A DNA stretch of 64,000 nucleotides from Nitrospirota bacterium (GTDB lineage Bacteria > Nitrospirota > Thermodesulfovibrionia > Thermodesulfovibrionales > Dissulfurispiraceae): the NCBI GenBank assembly GCA_963710375.1, contig CAVPZX010000008.1, positions 160,001-224,000 of the forward strand, read 5' to 3'. The first letter of the stretch is position 1, and every line of letters begins with the position of its first letter. The position numbers and the translations under genes were made by a program. This document shows positions 19,877 to 30,120 of this stretch, in pieces. The notes beneath the pieces were generated by a model. The model saw nothing but the letters and a program-made list of their open reading frames with translations. It had not been told where the DNA came from and did not search any database.

Positions 19877-20596
19877 TCATTTGAAGTCCTCCATAACAGA
19901 CCGCAGTTTCAAAAGGGCCTTACCATGCAGCTGACAAACTCTTGATTCGCTTATGTCCAGGACTTTCCCTATTTCTTTCATCGTGAGTTCTTCATAGTAA
20001 TAAAGGGTCATAACAAGCCTCTCCTTTTCCGGCAAACCATCAATGGCAGTGCCAAGAGTGGCTCTCAATTCTTTAAGGTTGAGTTCATCGAGAATGTCCT
20101 TGCCCTCTTTATCCGAAATGCATTCCAGAATGTCCAGGCACTCACCTTCGTTATTCGTAATTCCAAGGTCTTCAAGATTTATCATGCGCATTGTATTTGC
20201 AGTGGACAAAGTCTTGTAGAGCTCCTCAAGAGATATATTCAATTTTTCGGCAACTTCCTCATCACTGGCACTGCGATTAAGCTCCTTCTCCAGTGCTGAA
20301 TATGCACGTCTCGTATCGTCAAGCTTTTTTCTGGCATCCTTGGATACCCACTGCATGGAACGTACTTCATCAATAATGGCGCCCCGTATCCTGAAATCGG
20401 CAAAGGTGCTCAAGCTGGCATTAAACGAGGGGTCATACCGTTCTATTGCCTCCAAAAGTCCTATTATGCCCGCCGACACCAGGTCTTCAATACCTAACTC
20501 GGGGGGAAGATAAAAAGTATACCTGGACGCATAATATTTTACTCTCGGCAGGAATTGCTCGATTATTTGCTCCTTTTCTTTTTCCGATATTGTCAT
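19877..20596 (-). CDS. fliA: RNA polymerase sigma28 FliA
   Basis: DLVSAGIIGL...RIRGAIIDEVR...LYYYEELTMKEIG...SESRVCQLH. Confidence 0.97.
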   Translation of the reverse strand: MTISEKEKEQIIEQFLPRVKYYASRYTFYLPPELGIEDLVSAGIIGLLEAIERYDPSFNASLSTFADFRIRGAIIDEVRSMQWVSKDARKKLDDTRRAYSALEKELNRSASDEEVAEKLNISLEELYKTLSTANTMRMINLEDLGITNNEGECLDILECISDKEGKDILDELNLKELRATLGTAIDGLPEKERLVMTLYYYEELTMKEIGKVLDISESRVCQLHGKALLKLRSVMEDFK

Positions 20597-21402
20597 TCTA
20601 CCCTTAGCGCCTTCTTTAAAAAAAACTGTATGTTGCCTTTGACATCGGAAAGAGGATTTTCAATCAGCCTGTTCCCTATGACGGCGAGCTTCTTAGAAAA
20701 AACACTGTTCGGGTACATTGCAATGTAGCCTTTCTGGGCAATAATAGCATCTTTGACATGCTGTTCATAAGGCAGAAAGCCTATGTATTCCACAGAGAGG
20801 CTCAGGAATTTGTCTGCTACTATTGCCAGCTTTCTGAAAGTATCAAACGCCTCTTTTTCTGACCTGGCCGTGTTGACGAGTATCCTGAAGTTCCTTTCTC
20901 CAAAGTCCCTGGACAATACCTTTATCAAGGCATAAGCGTCTGCCAGCGACGTAGGCTCCGGGGTGACAATAACAATAGTCTCCTGAGCTGCGCTGCAGAA
21001 AAACAGCACGTTGTCCGATATGCCGGCGCCGGTGTCGATCAGGAAGATATCGAATGGCAAATCGAAACGGTCCAGCTCTGAGACAAGTTTCATGCGGTTT
21101 TTATCGGAGAGTTCAGTCAACGCCCTTACACCTGAGCTTGCGGGCATAATCATTATGCCTAACGGACCGTTAACAACAATATCCTTTATCGTCTTCTCCC
21201 CCAGCAGGACATGTTTAAGGTTGAATTTTGGAGCTATGCCGAACAGCACATCAATATTGCTTAATCCAAGGTCGGCATCGAGAATAAGCACTTTTTTGTT
21301 CAAACTCGCATAAAACAGCGCAAGGTTTGCAACAAAGTTGGTCTTGCCCACCCCGCCCTTTCCGCTCGAAACCGCTATTATACGTGGTCCTGAGTTATTC
21401 AT
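20593..21402 (-). CDS. flhG: MinD-like flagellar number regulator FlhG/FleN
   Basis: SGKGGVGKT, DADLGL, DTGAGI and TPEPTS motifs; lies between flhF and fliA. Confidence 0.95.
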   Translation of the reverse strand: MNNSGPRIIAVSSGKGGVGKTNFVANLALFYASLNKKVLILDADLGLSNIDVLFGIAPKFNLKHVLLGEKTIKDIVVNGPLGIMIMPASSGVRALTELSDKNRMKLVSELDRFDLPFDIFLIDTGAGISDNVLFFCSAAQETIVIVTPEPTSLADAYALIKVLSRDFGERNFRILVNTARSEKEAFDTFRKLAIVADKFLSLSVEYIGFLPYEQHVKDAIIAQKGYIAMYPNSVFSKKLAVIGNRLIENPLSDVKGNIQFFLKKALRVE

Positions 21403-22440
21403 TATATTCCTCCAATAATCAGGCCGGCAAGGAACTCCGGGGTGGGGACCCTGATGTCGTCCGGCACACTTGGCCCGGTAGTGATAAATGAAAGCGGCCG
21501 GCTCGTGAGCATGGAAATGTTGTAGAGGTCCCCGTAATGAGTCGCCATATCAAGCTTTGTAAATCCGATCGAGTCGATCATCTCGGTCTTGCAGTTATGC
21601 CATGCCTTGAGAGCAGAAGATACGTTCATAGAGGAATCCATAAGAAAGCATTTTTTAACAGGGAACCCCGAAGGAAAGATATCTTTGATGTCCTCCAAAA
21701 TATTATTGAATTCAGTACCCGGTGTATCTATGAGCATTGGTCCCCTCCCCATTTCCTTATATATTATTTTCGGCAGGTCACTTACCCTCCTAACCACTCT
21801 TAAAGGACATCGCAGTTGTTTGGAGAGCTCTTTCATGTTTGCAATAGAACCTATCCTGTCGGAATCTAGAGAGATAAGATTAACAGGCCTCCTTTTTGAT
21901 GTAAAGAGATGGGCAACTTTAGAAACAGTCGTTGTTTTGCCAACGCCAGGAGGTCCGAGAAATATCATCCCGCTGTCCTCGGCCGGAAGAAGCCCTTGTA
22001 TTTTAAGGTCACCCTTTATACTGTTTTTCAAGCTGTCGAGCGTTTCCTGAGATCTCTCCAGCAAAAGCATGGCGAACTGGGTATCGACTCCCTGCCTAAC
22101 GAGCAGATTAAAAAGCCCTTTCTTGTCCTTTCCTATTCTGAGCGCGGGTACAATCGGACGCAGCGTCTCTTTTAGATAGCAGACCTCCTCCCTCAGCCCC
22201 TTTATCTCTTTCAACAGGTCTCCCATTTCAGAAGTAAGCGCCTTTTCAGGAGGCTTAGACGATGAGTCATCGTTTTCGTCAAGGGCCACGGTAACTTCGA
22301 CCGCCTCTTTGTTAAGCATTCCGAACGGGCCTGTCTTTAGTGATTTGCTCGACAATATTATTGCATCGGAACCGAGCTCCTCTTTTCACTGTCTCTAATG
22401 CTTCTTTAAAACTCCCGCCGACAAATTTCTTGATCCTCAT
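21402..22440 (-). CDS. flhF: SRP-family GTPase FlhF (one +1 frameshift near 22385)
   Basis: ATG 22440 gives MRIKKFVGGSFKEALETVK; removing one A restores EELGSDAIILS and joins ORF 21402-22355 (GPPGVGKTT, DTPG, TKLD). Confidence 0.9.
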
Positions 22441-22552
22441 CGAATTATCCACCTCCTTAAAGCTTTAAGCGTTTAGAGTTCAGCGTTATAATATTCTGCA
22501 ATTTTTTTTGCGTTGAACGCTCAACGCTGTACACACAACTCCGTACGATGTT

Positions 22553-24604
22553 TCATTCTATTTTCAGCGTACCAATCGAATATACCCGCGTATTAGGGGC
22601 AACTTCGCTGTGAGATACAATCATAATGCTGCTCGAAATCCTCTCAGCCAGCTTCTTCAGAAACCTCCTTATCGACGGTGAACAAAGCACGACCGGCTGA
22701 TAGCCCTTACGGACGCCGTCCTCATAATTTCGTTTCAAGTTCTCGGTGATTTTTTCGGATGTTGCAGGATCAAGGGCAAGATAAGAGCCCTGCGGGGTAC
22801 TCTGGACAGCCTCTATTATCTGCCGCTCCACCTTCGGGTCCACCACTATGACCGATAACGAGCCGTCGGTTCCCTGCAATTGTTTTGTAATGCTCCTGGC
22901 GAGCCCTTGCCTGACATACTCGGTAAGCACGTCGGTATCCTTAGTGACCGCCGCATAATCCGATAGCGTCTCGAGTATTGTTTGAAGATTCCTGATGGAA
23001 ATTCTTTCCTTCAAAAGATTTTGCAGAACTTTCTGCACAGCACTTAAGCTCAGCAGGGCAGGGATAAGGTCCTCCACCACTTTAGGCTGGGTCTTGGCCA
23101 GATTGTCAAGCAGCTTCTGAACATCCTGTTTACCTAATAATTCACTTGAGGAATTTTTTAGTATTTCTGTCAGGTGTGTCGTGATGACTGACGGGACATC
23201 GACAACCGTATACCCGGCAACATGTGCTTCCTCCTTCATCTTTTCATCAATCCAAACCGCATTTAGACCAAAAGCCGGGTCTTTTGCCGGAATGCCTGCC
23301 AGCGTTGGAGCTTCGGCACCCGGCGAAATAGCAAGGTATTTATTAAGCATTACCTCTGAGGTAGCAACCTCGACACCTTTTATAAGAACAGAATAAGCAT
23401 ACGGCTTCAACGATAAATTGTCCTTTATATGTACCGGCGGAACAATAAAGCCCATGTCCATAACCATCTGCCTTCTGATCGCCTTTATCCTGTTTAAAAG
23501 CGGCCCCCCTTCCTCAACAATCGGTATGAGCCCATACCCAATGTCCAGCGCGAGAGAATCCAGCGGGAGCAATGATTCAAGGGTCTCCGGCGGTTTAATT
23601 TCCCCTGCGGCAGGGGCGCCCGCTGCCGCTGCACCCTTTTCAGCCAGCTTTTGTCTCATGAAGTATGCCCCTGCTCCGGTTATACTGGCGATCATCAAAA
23701 AAGGTATATGAGGCAGACCCGGTATAATACCGAAAAATCCCAGTATCCCGGCAGCTGTGCCCAGCACCTTGGAGTTCGAAAAAAGCTGTTTGACCACATC
23801 GCCGCCCAGGTTGGCTTCCGATGCGGCCCTTGTGACAATAATACCGGCTGCAGTTGAGGTGACCAGTGCCGGTATCTGGGCTACCAGCCCTTCACCTATG
23901 GTGAGTATGGTGTAAGTCTGCGCGGCCTCTGCCATTGGCATGCCCTTCTGGAGTACCCCGATAAGAAATCCACCGATGATGTTGATTATCATGATAATTA
24001 TGGCAGCAATGGCATCTCCCCTGACAAATTTGCTCGCACCGTCCATAGCTCCGTAGAAATCAGCCTCCCTGCTTATGTCCTGCCTTCTCTTCCGGGCCTG
24101 TTTTTCATCTATTAGTCCGGAGTTCAGGTCTGCATCGATACTCATTTGCTTGCCAGGCATTGCATCGAGGGTAAACCTGGCTGAAACCTCGGCAATCCTG
24201 CCCGCACCCTTTGTAATAACGACAAAATTTATGATTATTAAAATGAGGAAGATGACGAAGCCTACGACAAAGTTACCGCCAACTACAAACTCTCCAAACG
24301 ATTTAATGACCCGTCCGGCAGCCTCCGTACCGGTATCGCCCCTCATGAGAATAAGCCGGGTAGAGGCAATATTCAAGGAGAGTCTGAACAGCGTCGCTAT
24401 CAGCAGAATGGAAGGGAATACGGAAAAATCAAGGGGCCTTTCCGTATAGGCCGAAACAAGCAGTACAACTATGGACAGCGTAATGCTGAACGATAAAAAA
24501 AGGTCGAGCAACATCGGAGGCATGGGAATGATCATCAGTCCGAGGATCAGCACAATGCCTACTGCCAGGATAATGTCGCTCTGTCTTAACAGTTTTTCAA
24601 GCAT
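22553..24604 (-). CDS. flhA: Flagellar export gate protein FlhA
   Basis: RIAEVSARFTLDAMPGKQMSIDADL; FYGAMDGASKFVRGDA. Confidence 0.98.
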   Translation of the reverse strand: MLEKLLRQSDIILAVGIVLILGLMIIPMPPMLLDLFLSFSITLSIVVLLVSAYTERPLDFSVFPSILLIATLFRLSLNIASTRLILMRGDTGTEAAGRVIKSFGEFVVGGNFVVGFVIFLILIIINFVVITKGAGRIAEVSARFTLDAMPGKQMSIDADLNSGLIDEKQARKRRQDISREADFYGAMDGASKFVRGDAIAAIIIMIINIIGGFLIGVLQKGMPMAEAAQTYTILTIGEGLVAQIPALVTSTAAGIIVTRAASEANLGGDVVKQLFSNSKVLGTAAGILGFFGIIPGLPHIPFLMIASITGAGAYFMRQKLAEKGAAAAGAPAAGEIKPPETLESLLPLDSLALDIGYGLIPIVEEGGPLLNRIKAIRRQMVMDMGFIVPPVHIKDNLSLKPYAYSVLIKGVEVATSEVMLNKYLAISPGAEAPTLAGIPAKDPAFGLNAVWIDEKMKEEAHVAGYTVVDVPSVITTHLTEILKNSSSELLGKQDVQKLLDNLAKTQPKVVEDLIPALLSLSAVQKVLQNLLKERISIRNLQTILETLSDYAAVTKDTDVLTEYVRQGLARSITKQLQGTDGSLSVIVVDPKVERQIIEAVQSTPQGSYLALDPATSEKITENLKRNYEDGVRKGYQPVVLCSPSIRRFLKKLAERISSSIMIVSHSEVAPNTRVYSIGTLKIE

Positions 24605-24610
24605 ATTATT

Positions 24611-24709
24611 CAGGCTATAGGCAATAGGCTATAGGCAATAGGAAAAAACCTCAGGAAGTCTCTTTCTTCTGTCTTTCCCCATAGCCTATTGCCCATCGCC
24701 TATCGCCTT
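24611..24709. repeat. Inverted heptamer array (GGCAATA/GGCTATA-type), overlaps the flhB stop codon
   Basis: CAGGCTATAGGCAATAGGCTATAGGCAATAGG...CCATAGCCTATTGCCCATCGCCTATCGCC. Confidence 0.85.
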
Positions 24710-25761
24710 ATCCTTCCTTTCAATTTATAAACGTTTGCAAGTATCACAGCGATCGCCTTGTAAAAAACCTCAGGGATTTCCTGATCAAGCTCGAGTTTAT
24801 ATAAAGCCCTGGTGAGCGGCTTATCTTCAAAGACCGGCACCCCATGCTCTTTTGCTATCTCTTTTATCTTCTCGGCAATCAGATTGGCCCCTTTTGCCAC
24901 TACAGCAGGCGCGCCCATTGTGGCTGAATCGTACTTAAGCGCAACCGCAAAATGGGTAGGGTTGGTAATCACCACATCTGCCTTCGGCACTTCCTGCATC
25001 ATTCTTTTGCGCGCCATTTCTCTCTGGAGGCTCCTTATCCTCGCCTTGACCCTGGGGTCGCCCTCCATCTCCTTATGTTCTTCTTTCACTTCCTGTTTGG
25101 TCATCCTCAGGTCTCGTGAATACTGCCACCGCTGGTACGCATAATCTGCAATGGAGAAAATAGAGAGGACCACGACAGCCGTCAGAATAAGCTTTTTTAC
25201 CTGCACAAAAATAAACTGTGCAATAAGCGAAACACTCATGTCTGGAAGAAGGGGAAGATTCACTAGCTGCTTTTTTATAATCAGATAAAGAATTATGCCG
25301 AGGATGATAACTTTTAATATGCCCTTTGCCCCCTCGAAAACAACTCTGAGGGTGAAAAACCTTTTTATCCCCTCCAGCGGGTTGACTTTATTGAGGTCCA
25401 GGGTCAGCGACTTGGTTGAAATTAAAAAACCGCTTTGCATAAAATGTACAGCCAAAACAGCGATGAGCACCGAAACAAACAGGGGGGCCATCATCATAAG
25501 CGTTTTAATGGAGTCAGTCCTGAATATTTCTACGAATGAGGCGTCCGTAAGCGAAACCTCAAACCCTCTTTGCAGAGCTGATCTTAAATAGGACACCAGC
25601 ATGGTAAACATGAAACCGCCGAAGGAAAGGTACATGAATACCACCCAGAGCGGCATGATGCCGGTGAGATCCTTGCTTTGGGCGATATGACCCTGTTCAC
25701 GTTCCTTTTGACGTCTTCGCCCGGTTGCCTGTTCAGTTTTCTCTTGAAACTCTTCTGCCAT
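24700..25761 (-). CDS. flhB: Flagellar export switch protein FlhB
   Basis: EKTEQAT; MTKQEVKEE; EGDP; NPTH autocleavage motif. Confidence 0.98.
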   Translation of the reverse strand: MAEEFQEKTEQATGRRRQKEREQGHIAQSKDLTGIMPLWVVFMYLSFGGFMFTMLVSYLRSALQRGFEVSLTDASFVEIFRTDSIKTLMMMAPLFVSVLIAVLAVHFMQSGFLISTKSLTLDLNKVNPLEGIKRFFTLRVVFEGAKGILKVIILGIILYLIIKKQLVNLPLLPDMSVSLIAQFIFVQVKKLILTAVVVLSIFSIADYAYQRWQYSRDLRMTKQEVKEEHKEMEGDPRVKARIRSLQREMARKRMMQEVPKADVVITNPTHFAVALKYDSATMGAPAVVAKGANLIAEKIKEIAKEHGVPVFEDKPLTRALYKLELDQEIPEVFYKAIAVILANVYKLKGRIRR

Positions 25762-25764
25762 CCC

Positions 25765-26502
25765 TTACCTCGTGATCACCATAATCGTGTCTTTCATGCT
25801 CATAAATGCTTTTTCAATGACCGCTATAGTCATCGGCATTGACAGAACTATGAATACTAGGCCCAAAACTATCAGCAACGGCATGCTTATGAAAAAAATG
25901 TTCGCCTGCGGAATTGCCTTTGTAAGAAATCCCATTGCAAGGTTTGTCAGCACCTGCACAGCCAGCACTGGGGCCGCTATCTTAAATGCGAGCGGGAAAA
26001 AAAATGCATTCAGCTTTAGGACGGAACTGAACACACTGTTGTAGTTAATACTGGTAATATCAAAGCTGCGCACTACACCCTCGATGAAATAATGATGCAT
26101 GTCGAATAAAAAAAATAACGTCATTGACAGCATTGTATAGAAGAGACTCACCGGACCAAGTTGTTCCTGAAATAGAGGATTGAAAACGGCTGCCACTGTC
26201 AACCCCATCTCCACACTCATCCATTGGGCAGCCATATCAATAGCTCCCAGGATTATCCGTGCGGTTAATCCCATTGCCGTACCCACAAAAAAAGCCTCAA
26301 AAATTGCCCTTTCCGGATTAGCCATATCAACCTTCACTATCGGAAGGAGCATAAGCGTAAGCGCAAGTGCAAGGCCCGCCCTCACCATCACGGGTGTTTG
26401 CTGCGCGCCGATAAAAGGGATAAATGTCAGCATAACAGCCACCCTGATAAATATGGGAATGAATTTATCGGCATAGAGGTTTATTACGTTATATAATTCC
26501 AT
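25765..26502 (-). CDS. fliR: Flagellar export protein FliR
   Basis: Hydrophobic protein with IAAPV...KAIPQANIF; follows fliQ. Confidence 0.93.
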   Translation of the reverse strand: MELYNVINLYADKFIPIFIRVAVMLTFIPFIGAQQTPVMVRAGLALALTLMLLPIVKVDMANPERAIFEAFFVGTAMGLTARIILGAIDMAAQWMSVEMGLTVAAVFNPLFQEQLGPVSLFYTMLSMTLFFLFDMHHYFIEGVVRSFDITSINYNSVFSSVLKLNAFFFPLAFKIAAPVLAVQVLTNLAMGFLTKAIPQANIFFISMPLLIVLGLVFIVLSMPMTIAVIEKAFMSMKDTIMVITR

Positions 26503-26503
26503 T

Positions 26504-26773
26504 TCACCTCACATAAAGCGTTATATTGCCAAAAATACTCCTTGTAAACCCCACCAGCACCTTTACCATCCATGGGAGCGCAATAAGCAGGGTGAGAAAG
26601 ACCGCGATAATCTTCGGAACAAAAGTCAATGTCATCTCCTGCAGCTGCGTAACCGCCTGAAAAAGGCTTATCATCAATCCGACGACAAGGCTCACCAACA
26701 ATATGGGCCCGCCTACCAACAAAATAGTTGTAAATGTCTGCCTCGATATCTGGTTTAACAGCTCAATGGTCAT
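26504..26773 (-). CDS. fliQ: Flagellar export protein FliQ
   Basis: FQAVTQLQEMTLTFVPK; start at MTIELL (ATGA overlap with fliP). Confidence 0.96.
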   Translation of the reverse strand: MTIELLNQISRQTFTTILLVGGPILLVSLVVGLMISLFQAVTQLQEMTLTFVPKIIAVFLTLLIALPWMVKVLVGFTRSIFGNITLYVR

Positions 26774-27576
26774 CTGAACCCTCCGATGAGAGAACCTATC
26801 AGCAGTTGCCACCCATCGACCAGGACAAAAAGCAGCAACTTGAAGGGCAGCGAAACCATAATAGGAGGGAGCATCATCATGCCCATGGAGAGCAGTATGC
26901 TCGCAACAACCATATCAATAACCAGAAATGGGAGAAAAATAAGGAACCCTATTTCAAATGCCCTCTTAAGCTCACCGATAGCAAAGGCTGGGACGACCAC
27001 ACGCAAAGGCAAATCCATAGGTTTCGCAGGGTTCTCCAATTTTGACATCCTGAGGAAAAAAGCGAGCTCTTTCTCTTTTGTCTGTCTAAGCATAAATTCC
27101 TTCAGAGGAACAGAAGCCTTGTTAAGCGCTTCTTCAGCCCCGATCTCTTTCCTGGAATAAGGCTGATACGCATCCGCGTAAATCCTGTCCAGGACCGGTG
27201 ACATGACAAAAAATGTGATAAAAAGAGCGAGCCCTATGAGCACTTGTGTCGGCGGTACTGAAGGAGTTCCAAGAGCCTGCCGGAGAAAAGAGAGCACTAC
27301 AATAATCCGCGTAAATGAGGTGACCATGACAAGAATTGCCGGCAATATGGACAACAATGTAAGAAACAGGAGCAATTCAAACGGCGTCAACATGCCAAAA
27401 AAACCGCCGCTAGCAGCAGGAGGCGCAGGGGCGGCAGAAACACCGGAAGGCAAAAGGCCAAGGACTAAAAAGGCGCAAAGCGCATAGGGCAAAGGGCATA
27501 GAGTAAAAGCCTTAACTCCTTGCGCTTTGCGCTTTGCGCTTTGCTCTATGCTCTTTGCGCCTTTGCCTTTAGCCAT
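26770..27576 (-). CDS. fliP: Flagellar export protein FliP
   Basis: TSFTRIIVVLSFLRQALG; MGMMMLPP; LPFKLLLFVLVDGW. Confidence 0.97.
   Translation of the reverse strand: MAKGKGAKSIEQSAKRKAQGVKAFTLCPLPYALCAFLVLGLLPSGVSAAPAPPAASGGFFGMLTPFELLLFLTLLSILPAILVMVTSFTRIIVVLSFLRQALGTPSVPPTQVLIGLALFITFFVMSPVLDRIYADAYQPYSRKEIGAEEALNKASVPLKEFMLRQTKEKELAFFLRMSKLENPAKPMDLPLRVVVPAFAIGELKRAFEIGFLIFLPFLVIDMVVASILLSMGMMMLPPIMVSLPFKLLLFVLVDGWQLLIGSLIGGFR
27472..27572. repeat. Inverted heptamer array inside the fliP signal-peptide region
   Basis: GGCGCAAAGCGCATAGGGCAAAGGGCATAGAG...TTGCGCTTTGCGCTTTGCGCTTTGCTCTATGC. Confidence 0.8.
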
Positions 27577-27907
27577 TTCCTTTTGCCCTTAACCATCTTT
27601 GTTTCGTTTTCTGTACAATGTTTTCCGTGCTCTGTGATTTAAGCGCTTCTTCCACTCCCTCCCTGTTCAGCTTGCTCAGAAGTGAGATGCCTTGGTCGCC
27701 GATGCCGACAGCCATGTAGTCGTTAAGTATCTTAATTACAGCTATCCCCTTTTTGGGTCCGAATGATTGATAGTGAAGCATCTCTATCATCCCCTTATGC
27801 GGCAGCATCTTTTGCTTCAGAAGCCTGAGCAGCAGATAGACCGCAGCAAGGGTGACCAGTAATGCAGCAAAAACCTTGACCAGCTCTATTCCCAATACAG
27901 CCTCCAT
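27569..27907 (-). CDS. fliO: Flagellar protein FliO/FliZ
   Basis: One N-terminal TM helix, then FGPKKGIAVIKI...ISLL; lies between fliN and fliP. Confidence 0.85.
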   Translation of the reverse strand: MEAVLGIELVKVFAALLVTLAAVYLLLRLLKQKMLPHKGMIEMLHYQSFGPKKGIAVIKILNDYMAVGIGDQGISLLSKLNREGVEEALKSQSTENIVQKTKQRWLRAKGNG

Positions 27908-27953
27908 ACATTGAAGACAGGTAAAGGTAGAGGGATACCTTCTCCTATACCCG

Positions 27954-28283
27954 TCATCTTAACTGTCTCACCCGCTCGGTAGGGCTCACGATGTCCGTTA
28001 ATCTGATGCCAAATTTTTCATTGACCACAACCACCTCGCCCCTGCCAATGAGCTTTTGATTGACATACACCTCCATAGGCTCGCCCGCCAGCTTATCAAG
28101 AGCAATGACCGAGCCCTGGCCGAGTTGCAATAGCTCCTGAATGAGGATTTTTGTGCTCCCGATAACTACCATCAGTTCGAGCGGGACATCAAGGATAAAA
28201 TTTATATCACGCTGAACAGCCTGGGGAGGTTGGACCTCCCCTTTAAACTCTGGGACTTCCGGATTCTTAATATCTTCCGCCAT
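27954..28283 (-). CDS. fliN: C-ring protein FliN
   Basis: ILDVPLEL...LDKLAGEP...GEVVVVNEKFGIR. Confidence 0.97.
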   Translation of the reverse strand: MAEDIKNPEVPEFKGEVQPPQAVQRDINFILDVPLELMVVIGSTKILIQELLQLGQGSVIALDKLAGEPMEVYVNQKLIGRGEVVVVNEKFGIRLTDIVSPTERVRQLR

Positions 28284-28297
28284 TATATTATCTCCCT

Positions 28298-29278
28298 TCA
28301 GATTTTACTGACGTCCTGGACCGCCCTGGTTATTTTTACAGCCCTGTATCCCTTGAACAGGCCAAATTTGGCTTTAAACTTCACAAAGCCCTCAACTGTC
28401 ACTCCAAGGTCATCTTCTACATTGGTATCAAGGACAAGCACGTCATCTTCTTTCAGTGCCAGAACCTCACTTACATTGAGCACAGCACTCCCAAGAACGC
28501 CGGTCATCGTGACAGACGTCTCTTTCAGCCGCTCCTTCAACCGCTCAAGCCATTTAACATCCAGTTCATCCCTGTCTGCGGAAAATGCGCTGTACAACTT
28601 CTCCTTTATCGGCTCTACCGACCCGTAAGGGATACAGAGAAAAGCCTTGCACAGCCTGCCTTCGATCTCAAGGACAAATTCTACTTTAATGACAACATCA
28701 ACCGGGGTAACAATAGTCACAAACTGGGGGTTCATTTCAGAACGTACGTAAACAGGTTTTATTGGATGAACCGGCTTCCATGCATCTTCCATGTCGTCAA
28801 AAAACATTATGACCACTTTATGGATGATTTTCTGTTCAATAGGAGTAAACTCCCTTCCCTCGGGTTTATAGTAGCCTTTCCCCGTACCTCCAAAAAAGTA
28901 TTCGATAAGACTGAATATCATTGAGGCATCAAACACCAGAAGCCCGAAGCCTCTGAGCGGCTCCATTTTAAAAATATTAATGCTCGAAGGAAATGGAACG
29001 CCTCTCATAAAATCATAAAATTTGGTAATTGTGACATTGACGTTAGTGACATCCACCATATGCCTGATCGCAGCAGACAAAGAAAGGCGGAAATTCCGGG
29101 CTAGCCGCTCATTTGCAATATCAAGAGAAGGCATCCTCCCCCTGACGATCTTCTCCTGGCCGGTAAAATCATATGCCTTTACACCGGAAGTGTCCTCAAG
29201 CTTCTCTGTCTCTACCTCTCCTTCAGAGATTCCCTTTAGTAGGGCATCAACTTCATCCTGTGAAAGAATATCTTCCAT
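28298..29278 (-). CDS. fliM: C-ring protein FliM
   Basis: ILSQDEVDALL CheY-binding motif; GREFTPIE; SEMNPQF. Confidence 0.97.
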   Translation of the reverse strand: MEDILSQDEVDALLKGISEGEVETEKLEDTSGVKAYDFTGQEKIVRGRMPSLDIANERLARNFRLSLSAAIRHMVDVTNVNVTITKFYDFMRGVPFPSSINIFKMEPLRGFGLLVFDASMIFSLIEYFFGGTGKGYYKPEGREFTPIEQKIIHKVVIMFFDDMEDAWKPVHPIKPVYVRSEMNPQFVTIVTPVDVVIKVEFVLEIEGRLCKAFLCIPYGSVEPIKEKLYSAFSADRDELDVKWLERLKERLKETSVTMTGVLGSAVLNVSEVLALKEDDVLVLDTNVEDDLGVTVEGFVKFKAKFGLFKGYRAVKITRAVQDVSKI

Positions 29279-29344
29279 CAAACCTCCAAAAAACAGTCCA
29301 AGGTAGAGACAGAGGTAATCAAAACTCTACCTTTACCTGTAGCA

Positions 29345-29842
29345 CTATTGCATTACAAATTCAGTAAGATAAACATTTTTCACCGTATTGTTCCCCAGAA
29401 TCTGGTTTCCCATCATATTTATTTCGTCTTTTAGCTGCAGTTTTCCTTCAGGAGACATGAGCGAATCAGAAGTCTTGCTCGTCAGGAGATTGATAACAGC
29501 ATCCCTGATCTGCGGTGTTTTTCCTTTGGCGCTTTCCAGAATAGCGGGACTTGATAGCTCTAATTGCATTGATACCTTAAGAAACTTTGTGGCGCCCTGG
29601 TCGCCCAGATTAACGACAAAAGGGTCAAGGACAAACATGACACTCTCTTCCTTCTTCGCATCTTCCTTTTCCTTCTTTTGCCCTTTGTCGCCGCCCGATT
29701 TTGAAAGAAAGAAAAATGCGCCGCCCCCGCCGACAAGGACTGCAACGACAACTATAATGATGACAATAAGCCCTTTACCCAATTTCTTTTTCGGTTTTTT
29801 AACTTCTTCATCTAGTAATTTTTCATCCCTGTCCTCATCCAT
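29345..29842 (-). CDS. fliL: Flagellar protein FliL
   Basis: Single TM helix; LDPFVVNL...IRDAVI...NVYLTEFVMQ. Confidence 0.95.
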   Translation of the reverse strand: MDEDRDEKLLDEEVKKPKKKLGKGLIVIIIVVVAVLVGGGGAFFFLSKSGGDKGQKKEKEDAKKEESVMFVLDPFVVNLGDQGATKFLKVSMQLELSSPAILESAKGKTPQIRDAVINLLTSKTSDSLMSPEGKLQLKDEINMMGNQILGNNTVKNVYLTEFVMQ

Positions 29843-29886
29843 AAATAAACCCCCTTAAATTAACGTCAAGCGTCGCGCTTTTATAG

Positions 29887-29902
29887 AGCACAGAGCATGC
29901 CA
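29887..29902 (-). promoter_or_regulatory. Sigma54 promoter of the fliL operon
   Basis: Minus strand TGGCAT-GCTCT-GTGCT. Confidence 0.7.
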
Positions 29903-29943
29903 ATATGTAGCTTATTGAATTTAAAGATATATTAAAGAGTGGG

Positions 29944-29957
29944 GTCAACAAAATGAC
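29944..29957. promoter_or_regulatory. GTCA-N6-TGAC palindrome, candidate FleQ-like binding site
   Basis: GTCAACAAAATGAC; the same motif recurs at 46033 and 47116. Confidence 0.5.
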
Positions 29958-30006
29958 GGTTGGATGGCTATTTAAACCTTCCAACCGTCAAAATATAGAT
30001 AAAATA

Positions 30007-30110
30007 AGGCAATAGGCGATAGGCACGGGGCAATAGGCTATAGATTAATTCTATGACTTGTCTTCTTGTCTTTATTTTTCCTATTGCCTATAGCCCAGTG
30101 CCTATCGCCT
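30007..30110. repeat. Inverted heptamer array (GGCAATA-type) after the flgE stop
   Basis: AGGCAATAGGCGATAGGCACGGGGCAATAGGCTATAG...CCTATTGCCTATAGCCCAGTGCCTATCGCCT. Confidence 0.85.
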
Positions 30111-30120
30111 TTCTTTATTA